The notes under the pieces are model-generated. The model made no database searches. It saw only the letters and a list, made by a program, of their open reading frames with translations, and was not told the DNA's origin. This document shows positions 41,330 through 56,190 of a stretch of 64,000 nt of DNA, piece by piece. Position 1 is the first letter of the stretch, and each line of letters opens with the position of its first letter. The position numbers and the translations under genes are program-made. This DNA is from Blastocystis sp. Blastoise (lineage: Eukaryota > Protista > Bigyra: Opalinata), in contig JBBPEB010000005.1 of the NCBI GenBank assembly GCA_039096225.1, positions 1,302,001 to 1,366,000 on the forward strand, written 5' to 3'.

Positions 41330-44300
41330 TATTATAGAGAACAGTTGGTGAATATATTTTCTATTATGGATATGTTTATACTATAGATTAAATGAAGAGA
41401 ATCATGTGATATTCTGATTAATGCCATTTTATAAAGATGATAGTTTTGTATATATGTATTATATATATATAATAATGTAAAATATTTTATCTATTTGTCT
41501 CTTCTTAGTTATATAGATATACTTGACATTTAATAATTTATTTATTATCTTTGTTTATGTTTTTATTTTTATCAAGTATATCTACATATATGTAGTTTCT
41601 CAACTACTATTTTGAATCTCTATATATTTCTCTCTAATATTTTAAATTAAATGTTTTTATAAAAGTTATAGAACAACAAATATTATATATCTATATAGAT
41701 TTATATACATTATTATCTTCTAAGAGTTCATACCTTTCATATTCTTGCCTTCAAATCATTATTCTTACACTTACAACAATTCATATCTCCCATTTACAAG
41801 CATTATATTCTTAAGGTTTTCAATAACTTGATGTATATAAATATATTGTATAATATATATATATATAATATATATTGTTTGTATAATATGTATCTATTAT
41901 ATATATAATAATAATAATATATATATATATAGTACATAAATATTATATAGAGGATGATTCATCTTATTCATTTGTAGGTCCATTTGATATATTTAATATA
42001 CTTACTACCTTGATAATGTATATATATATATATATATTTCTAACAATAAAAATTTATAAGAATATATATATATATAGAGAGAGAGAAAACAATTCAAATA
42101 TTAATCATTAAATAGCTATTTGAATGTTATCCTATATATATTTATATATCCTATATTTGGTCTTTATTATTTAAAATGGAATTATTTTTTGGAATAAATT
42201 AATTGAATATTATATTTGAATTTTTAGCTTTGAAAATAGCTTATATTTGAATTATTTTTATGTTAAAAAATGTCTTATTAATGAATATATAAATATATAG
42301 ATTTATATAAGATATATTATTATCTAAGAATAAAAGAAATAAATTGTTGTATATGGTTTAGAAGTGTTAAAAGAAAGATATAAACATTATTAAATATACT
42401 AAACTTATATATATATTGAAATATCGATTATAAATGGAAGAAGAACTATTCTATAGGTATATATATATTCTTATTATACTTATAATTAATATATTTATTC
42501 TTATTATAGTTATATATTATTTATATATATTTTATATAGTCATAAAAATATTAATGCATCTTGAACATCATTATTTTATTCTCCTATTAATGTAGTTACT
42601 TATATTCTTCTTTTAAAAATAATTTATGAAATTCTTTTTAAAAGAATAATATTATGATTATAGAATAGTCTATGACATTAAAGTATATAATGTGATGAAA
42701 CAGATTCATACTGAATTTGAAGAAATTCTTAAAGAAGAAATATTAATATTATTGTTATATATAATAATAAAGATAATATTATTGTATCTCCTTCTTCTAT
42801 GCCATCCTCACAACAAAAAAATAAACCAAATCAAGCTTCTATTTCACATTGGAATAACACATTATTTACGTGATTATTTATGAATCGAAACAGTCCTTCT
42901 GTGCTTTCAACTCTGAAATCTCATTCACCTATTCCATTTCGTTCAATGTCTCCTTCTATATCTCCTTCTCCTTCTATTAATAATACAAATATTTCTCCTA
43001 TTACAACTATACATAGATCTTCATCTACTATTCCTTCTTCTTCATCTCATTCATTTACAGATTCTTCTAATAATTCAACACAACCTTTATCATCTTCAAC
43101 TATACCTATATCAAATGATTATACTCAATCATATTCTTCTATTCAAGAAAAAAATATATATTCTGATACATATATATATCTCAAAAGACATGTTTTCCTC
43201 TTCTAATATATTTAACTACAGTAAATGAAGAAGATAAGTCAAATCTTATAAGTAGTAATATTTTTGTGAATACTAATAATAATTCAAATAAATAATAATA
43301 ATTCAAATAACTTTATATTAAATAATAAAATAGCTATAAACCATTATAATGATTCAGAAAATGAGTATATAAATAAGAATATATTAAGTCCTATAATTCT
43401 TAAAGATAAAGAATTATTTAAAAGAAGAATAGTATAAATAGAATACCTCAAAATAATCGATTTCATTCAAATAGTATATCTACAGTATATGATAATAATA
43501 TATCATTAACAGATATAGCAGAATCTTCTAAAATAAAACATTCATCATTACGTCTTCTTAGTCATTCTTCTTCTTCTTCTTCTTCTATTCATAATTTATC
43601 TTGTACTACATCGTATTGTTTATCTACATATATATACATAATCAGTCTGAAATTACTCATTATAATACTCCTATTGCTCTTCTTCCTTCTTCTAAATATA
43701 TTTTATATAATATAGATTTATATTCATCTAATCCTTCTATAGATATACATTATTCAAATAATAATAATAATAATAATAATATCTCAGATAATAATAATAA
43801 TAATGAAGATAATAATCCTAATATTCAATCAAATGATATATTAGATTTGACAGAACATTCTTTTAATATATATTCCATTATCTATATCAACAGAAGATCA
43901 GAATTATACTATTAATAATTCTGCAAAGAATGATAATACTATCTCATATAATGAGAAGAATCAATCCTTAATTCACATAAAAGAAGAACGTAAGATTATG
44001 AAAACTGAAACTAATAATATGATTTATAATACTAATAGTATTATGAATAATAATAATACTAATGAAAATAATATCGCATACAATAATAATATGGTATTTA
44101 TTTCTACTATTAATAATATGTCTTCTACAAATAATAATGTTATTACTACTAACAATAATATAAATAATAATTTTATAATTCCAAATAATAATAATATAAA
44201 TAATAATTCTATGATTGCTACTAATAATAATATTTATATTCCTAATGCTACTACTATTACTATTTCTACTTTTTTAATCCTATACATACTACTGTTAGTA

Positions 44301-44732
44301 ATAGTCTTCCTCCTACATCATATACTATCCATTCTTTATCTAATCTACACAATACCATCTTTCTCTATGACTTCAGAATCTCTTTCTTGTTATCATAATA
44401 ATAGTTCTGATATGAATCATTTAACTAACTCTAATAGTATGCCTGTTCCTACATTCTCATCTAAATCAATTATTACTAGTACAACGACTGATCCTCCTAT
44501 TACTGCTATTACAACAGCAACTACTATTATTACTACTATTACTCCTACTATTACAACAGCAACTACTATTATTACTACTTCTTCTACTATACCTTCTTAT
44601 TATAGGACTAAACGAAGTCATACTATTTGTTTATCTCCAATTCAATCATTACCGAATTCCCATCACTATTATTAGTTACTACTACTATTATTACTATATC
44701 TTCAAATTCAAGGCTAACAATCAAAACTAATT

Positions 44733-44783
<51 letters not shown>

Positions 44784-45070
44784 TGAATATAAATAATAAT
44801 GAGGGTGTTACTTATCCTATTTCTCCTTCATTTCTTTCTTCTACATGTGTTTTTATTTGTTGAAGGACGACTAAATATTCTTCATTATCCTATTATATAA
44901 TATTTCCTTTAGAAATAGGGAATCAATCTTATAATCATAATAATAATAATATTTAAATAGATATTCATAAAGACATTAGTAATATTAATGATATTATTGA
45001 TGTTAATACTACAGCTAATAATAATAATTCAAATACTAATAATAAAAATATAAAGAATGATGAAAATGAT
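41330..45070 (+). pseudogene. Decayed multi-exon gene with a long Ser/Thr/Asn-rich low-complexity 3' region
   Basis: Intron-like GTATAT/TATAG blocks. Coding-like fragments (42880-43206, 43601-43915, 43998-44675) resemble the low-complexity tails of intact genes but are broken by stops and frameshifts. Confidence 0.55.
42010..42755 (+). repeat. Dispersed direct repeat, copy 1 (copy 2 at about 60585-61385)
   Basis: Shared strings such as TATATTTATATATCCTATATTTGGTCTTTATTATTTAAAATGGAATTATTTT, GAAATATCGATTATAAATG and TCTCCTATTAATGTAGTTACTTATATTCTTCT. Confidence 0.9.
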
Positions 45071-45639
45071 TAAGATTTATTATTCATACTATATTGAATT
45101 TTATAAAAAATAATATTAATGATATTATTATACAAATAGAATCATTCTTATTTGATTAATATGATATTTAGTTATATAATATAATAAAAATATATATTTA
45201 AATGAATTGATGATAATATTTGAATAGAATAATTATCAAATATAGTTATTGAATAATATTAAATAATGTAAATTTCTATAATACTAATATATTAGATAGA
45301 TAAAATTGATGATAAACATATGATGATACATGAAATAGAAGTGGATTGTAAACTGTTATAATATATATAATAAAATTTCATTCAAATTTTTTTATTAGAT
45401 TCAGTTTTGGGTACCAAAATAACCGAAAAAAAAAATAAAATCGATCTAATATATTCCCAAAATGGGTATGTAATTCAACTAGATCCAAAAATATATTTTG
45501 TTTTTCTAAAAAGAAAAAAAATATAAAAAATAAAGGAAATTTTTCTATTATTTTTCTTTTGAAATAAAGATTACTTTTTATAATATATATTCTGAATGAA
45601 TAATTAATATAATTATTTAATTTTTTTACTAATTATTAA

Positions 45640-48600
45640 AGAAAGTGTTTGCCACCTGTATAGTTGTAATAATGTATTTTTATTTGATACTCGAAAACTT
45701 AATTATAATTATATTTTTATTTATTTATATTTATAGTTTATTGGCAATACCTGACGTTATTAGACTATGATCTAGTTGTGATGAAACAGGAAGAAATATG
45801 TTCGACAAAGTATTGTAAATGTTGATAATTATTATTATTTATATATAGGTTAATCATAATTGGAATGATTCAGAACAATCTCACAAGGTATACAAACAGT
45901 TCTAAATCAAAATAAATTTAAAAAAAAAACAAAAAAATGAGAAAATGGGAGATCATTTCTTTTTGTATATATTTATTGTTTTATATTATTTATTTATTTT
46001 AGTTTAGAATATCGAAATTAATACTTTAATGTCATTCTGGTGTCTTGAATGTTCTAAATTATAAAACAAACAAAATCTTCAAAAATTCTTATAGGTAAAT
46101 ATCTATATACATATATATATTTATTTTATTTTGTTTTTTTTATTTAATTCATATGTTTATTATATTAATCTAATTATACTAGATATAAATATATTGAAAA
46201 TAGTTGTTTTACATTATATCTACTGTTAGTTTGGTAATTCAATATTTTATTATATATGTATAAAATTTATTTATTATTTCAATACTTTTTTATATATATA
46301 TTTTTTGTTATTGTATTTTTAATCTTATTTATTTCCTATATAGGAAATTTTAATTAGAAAATAATGTTTAAAACAATTTTAATTAAATATTATGGTATAT
46401 TAAAATATTTTTATTATTATTAAGAAGAATATATATATATATATATATTGTTTTTATTTAATATATATGAATATATTTATATTTATTTATATTTAGGTTC
46501 AGATCGTATTATTATATATATAAAGAATAACAGAGAAATATAAAAGAGAGATTAGTAGTCTTGTAACTTGAATTCTTATAGTATATATATATTTAGTTAT
46601 TTATATTATTTGCTAAATTTATTTATATTATTTGTTATTTATTTATTTGTATTATTTGTTATTCATTTATATTCTACAGTCATATAAAAAGACTAGTAAG
46701 CAGGAATACCTATTATGTGACTCACTCTATAGATTACTAGAGGTATCTATAAGAAAATAGTTTATATATATATATATATATATTATTAATTTTTATTTAT
46801 GTTATATTTTTTTATTTATTTGTTATTAATTTATTTATTATTAATTTATTTATATTATTAGTAATGTTATTATAGTTAGTATCTATATATTCTCCATATA
46901 TAATTGTTGTTATTCTATATAAATCGTTATATATATATAAATGCTACTAATACTATATTCTAGATTTATTTTCATTTCTTTCACTCCTCCTCTTCACCAT
47001 CTTCGTATAGTTATATATATTTTTTATGTCTCTCCAGAATATGTAATGTTTTCAACATATATATGTATATGTATATTATATTATTATAATTATTATTTTT
47101 TTTTTCTTTTTTAAATGATATCATTTATATATATAGGAATAGAATATAATTCTATATCTTCTTATATTTTTCAATTTACTCAAGAATGAATACTTTAACA
47201 TATTTATTATATATAAACGTAAACCATTCAGATTTCCATCGGAATTAAGTCTACTGACCTTTTATGTCTTACGAAAAATAATATATTTTGTTGATTTACT
47301 ATTAATACTTTTTTCTGTATAAATACAGAAGGATTAGAAAAACAATAACAAGTTTATAATTATAAGTATATAAACATATTATGATTATAATTATTGATAT
47401 AATTATCTCTTACTTCAATCTATTTTATTATTACTCTTTTTTCTATTCGTTGTGTATCTATTTATATATATATATATAGGTATCGATTTCTATTCTAGAC
47501 ATCTCTCTCTCTTCCTCTCTAATAAACTCTTTATATTCCTGTTATTCACCTTGTCATGTTGATTCTATATTAGTTTCATTGCACAAGATTCATCTGTGTT
47601 CCAGAACATACTTAAAACTGTAGAATCTTTCAGTGATAATAATCAATATTTTTTTTATAAATATATATTATTGAAAGAAGTTAAGATCATATTGAAAAAG
47701 TATATTTATATATATATTTATAATTATAATATTATATATATATAGTATAGAACAGTAATTAATTAATTACCTTTTTTCTTATACCCAAGAAAATATCTGT
47801 GTTTCTTTTTGTTCTACAGATATATTATATATCCGATGATTTTATACAATAGAAATATCTTTATGGATATAGTAATGTTATTAATTATAAATTGTATATA
47901 TATATATATAGTTCCTATTAGTTAATAAATTTGTTTTCTCTTAAATTATCGACTTGCTTATTTACTGTTTCTGAAGAATTCTTTCTTTCTAAGGTGACTC
48001 CTATGAATATAACATTATGAAATACTATTATTAATTATATTCTAGGTAACTTCTATATTATTAAGTATATATATTTATTGTTTTTATTCAGTATTATTTA
48101 TCTATTATATATAGATCTGATTCTTCTATAATGAAGATATTGACTACTATAAAATGGTTTCCTAATAATTTTAATAAATTATATATACCTAATAGAATTA
48201 TATAATCTTATGGATATCTCTATGAAAACATTATTATCTGAACTATATCATCCTTTTCGATATATTAATGTTTTATTATCAGTATGTATCTGATCTATTA
48301 GGAATTAATTAAATTATACATATAAATAGTTATTTAAGAATATGTTATAATGTAGATGATAAATTTAACAAGATAATAAAAAAATAATAATAAAGAAAAT
48401 ATTGATTGATATATACAACTATATAATTTATTATTATGTTATTTAAATAAAGAATAAAATAGGTTTTTAATTTCTTCAAATTCAAAAGGTTTCCTTTCAT
48501 TTTTCTATGGGAATGAAGGAAAAAAAGAGTATCTATATCTGTGTGCTGAATAATTCTTAAAAAAACTTAAAGAAGTATATATAAGTTATTATTGTTATTA

Positions 48601-49700
48601 TTTTATGTTTATTATATTATATATATATATTCTAGAATCCATTTATTAATATATATTCTACTCCTCTTTCTTCTATATCACAATCAAAATCTACTATAAC
48701 TACATTATTCTATGATTTAAATGAAAATATTTATATGAATAATTGTTGGTTAGCTTCTTCAAATTATTCTATTATTACTAAAAAAACAAGTATATATATA
48801 TAGATATATATATATTGTATTTTATATAATTATTTTCTGATCTTATTCAATCATTATAATTAGCAACTCAATTTTCTTAAGAAATATTATTAAAATAATT
48901 AATATGTATTAATTTACTGTATAAAAAAAGAATTACTCTTAAGATTTATTGAAATCAATTAAAAATATATGTGTAACTATATATGAACAATTATTTACTA
49001 TTAAGAATGAATCTACTAAACCTACTCTTCTTCCTCTAGAACTAATTTCAGATATATAAAAATTGGGTCCATTCATCTTTCTAATGTGAATATATTTATT
49101 ATTATAACTAAACAATAAATACTGGATTCTATTAAAGAACTATTAAATAATATAAAATGAATTAAAACTAATATAAAATTTAGAAGAATATATTCTGGTT
49201 TCATATCTCCTTTAGAAACTAATTATTTATTTATATATAAAGTTTTTATTATTATATACATATATTGAACAATTAAAAGTATTGAAAAGTCGAAATAATA
49301 TTGGAAATAAGATTATAGACAAGTATATATATTTATATTATTATAATTATTATATATATATATATTATATTGTTATTGATGTATATATTTAGATATTAAT
49401 ACATACAAAGATAAATAGAATGATACTATTTCTTCCTTTGATCTTTTGGTTATTCTCTTTATATGTTGTTAATTTTTGTTCTTTCGAATTCGAAGAGTAT
49501 TATTTTGAATGTTTTTGTTTAATTATATCTTCTATTATATATTATTATTAAATTAATCATATATATTATATCTATAAACTTATTTTTTTTATAGTCTAAG
49601 TATTTTATTAAATTATTCACTGAATTATACTATAATAGATAAGAATGAATTTAATGATAAAAATAAATAATAATGAGATAATCAATAGGAGTAATAAACA
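45640..49700 (+). pseudogene. Heavily decayed large multi-exon gene, product unidentified
   Basis: GC-richer exon-like blocks alternate with GTATAT...TATAG introns; frequent in-frame stops; no ORF in the track. Confidence 0.45.
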
Positions 49701-52700
49701 TATATTTCTAAAGGAAAAATAGTCTATGCTATATATATTCTTTAATAAGTTCTTTTATATCTTTACAACATATATATAATTACTATTCTATATTATTACT
49801 CTTTTTTATTATTTACTAAATAATATATATATATTCGTTTATACTATTATTTTTATTTCTTCTTGTAATTAATATCATAAGAATATAAATTAGTTTATTA
49901 TTAATGTTTCTACCTAAATAACTAATAGTTTTCTATATATATAGTTTTGTTTATAATAATAATATTTTTTTTTACACTTTTATTTCTATTAATATTCTTT
50001 AAATTGATTTATTTAAAACATAGTTCTTTACACATTTATTTCTATGAGTATGTAAAAATAAGAAGAGTTATATTTTTATAAATAAAAAATATTTTTAAAG
50101 AATTAGTAAATCAGTTTGTGAAACTATATCAGATTAAATATTTTCTTATTTTAAATGATATAATTATTGTAATAAAATATTATATAATCATTATAGTATC
50201 TCGATTAAACTCAATATAGTTTTTATTTCATTTGTTATTGATTTTTATTCTTTCAATAACCTAATATCACTTGTCATAACATAAATATAAATATCATAAT
50301 AATTATATTATGAATATACAGTGATATTTGAACTATGCTGATTTTTTTAGTATTCAATCATTCAAGAGAAAAAAAAGGAGAAATCATCATAGGATAGAAT
50401 TTTCAGAGTTTTCGTATATATAAAAAATTTATACATATTTTAGGGTTAGAGGTTAGATTATTATTTGACATAAAAGTTTTTCACATAAATTATTTTATTT
50501 ATTATTTTTTTATGTATTGTTTTTTGTTGACTTATAATGGTATGTATCATTATTTTTTTATATACTTTATTATATAGCTATCATTTATGACTTAAATAAA
50601 TAGGAGACGAACACAATTTTTTCTCTTGGATTAAGATATGTTCTTATTTTACTATTTATCTACTCTCTATAGTTATAACTTTGTTTTTGGTGCTCTACTG
50701 ATCAGAAATGACTTACTTTGAAATGTATGCTTTAAATATTTTTATATAATAGTTATAGTTGGCTTCTTTTAGCTGGTGATCCTTGAAGTGTAATCATTGA
50801 TTGATGTGCGTGTTTAATATATATTATTTATAATTATTTTTTTATTCCTTTTTATTTTAAACTGTATATAGTTTTTCAGAATAATCATATAATTGAAGAT
50901 AAGATGATGTTTGATGTGTTTATATAAGGTGTATAATTTATTATTATTAAATTATCAATATTTTTATAATTACATTTTTATAGTCTTTAAAAATGGTCAA
51001 AAAACGACACTCTCCATGAATACTAAACCTATAATAAAAAATCTATGTTAGTTTATTAATTATTTATGTATTCTTTTTTGTTAGTTTATTATTTTTCTGT
51101 TTATAATACTATTAAATGAAAATGAGTTTCTTTGGGATTAAAAAGGATATTAATTAAATATGAAATGACTTATTAAACCCTTTTATATATCATTAATACC
51201 CATATTATGTTAATTAAATAATATATATGTTTTATTTCTCGTGAATTTTTATTTACTTAGCGTTAGAACCAAATACATTTCTGAAATTGCTTCTTAAAAA
51301 AATATTGGGTCTGATAGTGGTGTCATATACGTTATTTGGTGTTGACTCTAGAGTCACAATGTGATTTTTTATTTCTATTTGTGTTTTTCTAGAGGCTCAT
51401 AGTAATCAGACTAATGGTTATTTAAAAAAAGAAAACAAAAAAATATCTATTAGTGAAAATGGTCTATATGTCAAAGAATCTATATAAAGTAAAATAATTA
51501 AAAAATAATATTAATGTTGTATAGTGATCACTTATAAGGAAATAAAAAAAAACTAATTTTTCTTTTAAATTATGAATAGTAAATAAATAATTCTATGAAA
51601 TATTTCGAATTATATAAAAAGTTAAATAAAAATAATTTAAAAATTTTAATTTGCTATTTTTTAGATATAAATAAAATTAATATATGAAAAAAATAAAATT
51701 TTAAAAGAAAACATTTTTGTAATTCTTGTTTTGGAATAGATTTTAGTGTCATAAATTCATTTTTAATTATGTGTTATATATACATATAAGTTTTATATAT
51801 ATTATTAATGATAATCCAAAATTAGTAATATTAAAGAATTATTTATCATATATAGATAATCATAATCATAATTTTTTCTTATTTTTATTATATAAATAAA
51901 TATTAATATAAAATATAATATTTATTTTTATAGATATATATTATTATAATTTTATTATGTATAGTTTTAAAATAGATTATTATTAATTAGAAATACATAT
52001 ATATATAAGATATTAAAAGAAATTATTCTTAGAGTGATAAATTTCTTTTTTTATTAATAAAATATTTTAACTAATTCTTAAAATATATAAAACATTGTAG
52101 TGTTATAAATTTAAATAAAAATTTATATTAAATGATAATACGTAGAAAATACATATGTGTTGATATAGAATTATAATAGATTCAAATATTATATTTTAAT
52201 TTATCATATTATTATAAAAAATATATAAATTGTTTTATAAAATATTTTTTATATATTTTAATGTCAATGAATTATTTTTATTAAATGAATTTATAATTTA
52301 TATTTATAAATATAATTATTTAGTTAATATAATATTTATTATAATGTTAATGATTTTAATGATATTGAAGCATTAATAAATAAAAGATAAGAATTATGTA
52401 TTAAATTATTTATTTATATAATGAATTAAATATTTTTAAAATGATACTCACATTCATTTATTTATAAATTATTTTTATATTTTATTTATTCATTTGATAT
52501 TCTATTAATAATATGGAATTCAAAATATATTTGATAATAAATTATTCATTGAATAAGATATTTGTTTTTTATTAAGATTAAATGAATTTTTTATTATTTT
52601 TATGTAGTTTAATTATTTAATTATTTATTTTATTTATAAAAATGGATTGAATTATGAATAAGTTATATTAATATAAAAGAATTCATTTAAATGTGATAAT

Positions 52701-54029
52701 AGAAATATTTTTTAAATATAAATTATATTTGTATATTTATGTATTGAATAAATATATTAATAAAATATAAATGAAATAGTTTTTTGAATATATAATATAT
52801 ATATATATTTATTAAAAATAATTATTTCCAAATTAATTTATGATAATATTTTATATTATAATAGTTATTTTACATTTAATATGATGAATTGTATTTAATA
52901 ATAATCATTGTTTTATAATAAATAATATTTTAAATAATTTTATTAAAATAATATAGAAAATATTACAAACAAATATATTTATTAATTAATAAGAAAAATT
53001 TTAATTAATAAATATATATGTAATTTTAAAATGAAAATAAATATTGATTTATGATTGATATTTAAATTAAAAAATTAAAATAATGAAAATGATTTAAAAA
53101 TATAATTTTCATTAAATATTAATATAAAATTCTATTTAAATAATTGAATAATAATAAATTAAAGTTATATTTTATATGAATTAATCAATTGATGAAATAA
53201 AATTGCATTGAAATTGTTTAGTATTAGAAATATTCTTATAAATAATATTACTTTTTATTTATACATATATATAATAATGAATGAAGATAATTATATATAT
53301 ATATATGAATTCATTATATATGTAAATATATCTATTTGAATAATAGAAAAGATGTTATTAAAATTTATAGCTTGTTATATATATATAAAATTATTTATAA
53401 TATATATTAAGAAATTATATTAGTTTTTAAAATGTATAAATATATAAATTAGAAAAAAGAATGAAAATGATATATTATAAATTTATTTCTGATTGTATGA
53501 AAATATATTATTTATAATGAATAATTCAATTAGTAATGAATGCTTTAAGAATATTTATGATATGCATTAGAATTATGTTAATTAATGTTGATAAGATAGA
53601 ATAATAATGAATATATGTATATATATACATATAATTACAAATAATTATAAAATATTAATTTTTTTAATAACAAACACTATATTTTTTAGAATTGATATGC
53701 TTGGTATTTATATATGAGAAAGAATAGAGTCACATGACAATTAATGAATGATATAGAATTTATGAATAATTCGATTTATTACTATAATATTTATAAATAA
53801 TCTTGATTGTTAATAGAAGAAGCTTAATTTATATATAAAACAAAATTAGGTAGAATAAATAGTAGCTAAGAGTCTAATATGACAAATAAGTGTAATGTTT
53901 TGTTCTAGTATAGGTGTATGTAAGTCATATAGATAATAATGAGTACCTAGGAGTATATAGGAGACTTGATAAGTCATTAATAACAAAAAAATTAATAAGT
54001 AATCATTTTTATATATAATGAAGTATTTA

Positions 54030-54720
54030 TGAAATTTATGACTTTTTGAGTATAATTTGATGAATAATCGTGATTATGTTCTAAACTTGATTATATATAT
54101 ATAAAATGATATATTTATGATTATTGAAGAGTTCTAGAGTAAAATTGAATAAATTCCCGTGATTATTTTTGAAAGTTGATGATTTTAAATATAATGATAC
54201 ATTTATGATTATTTATGTTATCCAAAGTAAAATTTTGTAGATAATCATGATTATTTTTGAAAGTAAGATCTATTAAAAAAAAATGATAGAGTTATGTATA
54301 TATATGATGTATAGAGTGTTATATGGGATATTTCAGTAATTTTTTATAAAATTTTTATATTTTTATACAAAAGAATAGACTTATGTATATTATAAGTCAT
54401 ATAGGTTTTGTGTAACATATTTAAGTAGTATTTTATGAGAGTCGAGTATTTTATGCATCATGATAATATTATGATTATTTATGACTTATAGAGTCTTATT
54501 TGATAAATTTCCATGATTATTTTTGAAAATTAATAATCTGTACATAAGATGATATATTTATGGTTATTTACGACTTCTAGAGTATAATTTAATATATTCC
54601 CGTGATTATTTTTGAAAGTAAGATATTTTCATAGATAACAAAATACTTATGCATATATATGAGGTATAGAGTGCTATGTAATATACCTTAGTGTCTCTTT
54701 TAAAAACTAAGATATATTTG
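54030..54720 (+). repeat. Degenerate hierarchical satellite: ~44-bp half-units, ~89-bp dimer, ~354-bp higher-order repeat
   Basis: C(G/A)TGATTAT(T/G)TT recurs near 54069, 54158, 54246, 54512 and 54601. TTATG(A/G/T/C) units fall midway between them. 54247-54330 closely matches 54601-54685. Confidence 0.75.
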
Positions 54721-54727
54721 AGTCAAA

Positions 54728-54745
54728 TAAGGGTTAGGGTTAGGG
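54728..54745 (+). repeat. Short interstitial telomere-like tract TAAGGG TTAGGG TTAGGG
   Basis: Direct reading; three phased GGG runs are conspicuous in this AT-rich background. Confidence 0.6.
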
Positions 54746-54889
54746 AAAAAAATATATATTGAGAGTATGTTATAAAATGTTATAATATTTTTTAATATTA
54801 TAAAAATAATTGGAAAAAAAAAAATATATTTATTTTATTTGTTATTTAAAATTGAAAAATTGAAAAATTTAATATTTTATTATTGGAAG

Positions 54890-55087
<198 letters not shown>

Positions 55088-55131
55088 TAATTGGATAAAA
55101 AGATTTATCCAATAAAAATAGAGTTTTTCAT

Positions 55132-55315
55132 TTCTACAATCATAGAATCGTAGAGTCTACGATTCTACGATTGTAGAATATAAGATAATGAATTTGATTG
55201 GTAGTCTACAATCGTAGAGTCTACGATTCTACGATTGTAGGATTGTAGGAAAATGAATTTGATTGGCTGTCTACAATCCTAGAATCGTAGAGTCTACGAT
55301 TCTACGATTGTAGGA
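55132..55315. repeat. Three tandem palindromic units centred on ATCGTAGA-G-TCTACGAT, separated by near-identical AATGAATTTGATTGG linkers
   Basis: Centres at 55155, 55219 and 55292. Unit 1 has 23-bp arms with one mismatch; unit 3 has 21-bp arms with one mismatch. Confidence 0.92.
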
Positions 55316-55539
55316 TGAAATAAGCCAATAGAATGAATTAAAATAAAAAAGTCAACCAAAATGTTATTAGGGTAAAAAAGTGGTTGACCTTTTTGAGAGG
55401 CTTTAATATTTTACTTTACTTTTTTTGTTTTTTTTTATAAATTATAATGGTAATTCTTTTATTTTTATTTATTTAATGAATTCTATATATTTATTTTTAT
55501 TTTTATAATGAAATATTATTTATATTAAATAATAAATAG

Positions 55540-56190
55540 ACGCCATTCTTGTCTTGAGTTTGAATGTGTAGCTATTTATAGTGTTAGGATACTTGTGGTT
55601 TGCTGAAATGTGGTGCTATTCATGGATCTGTTTGAATTACTACGTTTGAAAAGGTTTAAGGTAAGAATGGGAAGATTTTAATTATGGTATATATTTTATT
55701 TTTATATTATATCATACTATATTATTGATTGTCTTATTATATAGTTGAAAGTGATGTTTATGAATGAAAATTCATAACATCACTTTTTCCCATTGTCTTT
55801 GTAGTGTCGGTTTTGGTACTTATGATGATAAACTATGTTCTACGATGATTTTGGATCATTTATGTTGTCTTAGTATCATTGGAATACTTTTTAAGGTATA
55901 TATTATATTAGACAATTGTGGTGATTATGTATAAATATTTTATATTATATAGTTATTTTTATATAGAAAGTATATATAGGATGAGTTGAGTGTGTTTAAT
56001 GAAGTATTGAGTCTTCTTTGTAAGCATTAGGTATAGAAATGATTAAAATAGGTAAAATAAAATATAACAAAAATTCAAAAATTTCTAAACTATTCTTTCA
56101 ACTAGAGGGTGTTTAACCCTTTAATAAGGTATATATTATTTATTTTATTATATATTATTATTATATAGGTTGGTTGTGTATTGGATATAT
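55540..56190 (+). pseudogene. Decayed multi-exon gene fragment
   Basis: GC-richer blocks bounded by TATAG/GTATAT; stops prevent a continuous frame. Confidence 0.35.

Noticed and set aside
50439-50460. TTAGGGTTAGAGGTTAGATTA as a second telomeric tract
   Set aside because: Only one exact unit; too degenerate to support.
55132-55315. CRISPR-like array of palindromic repeats
   Set aside because: The linkers are nearly identical rather than unique spacers, there are only three units, no cas genes are present, and the context is eukaryotic.
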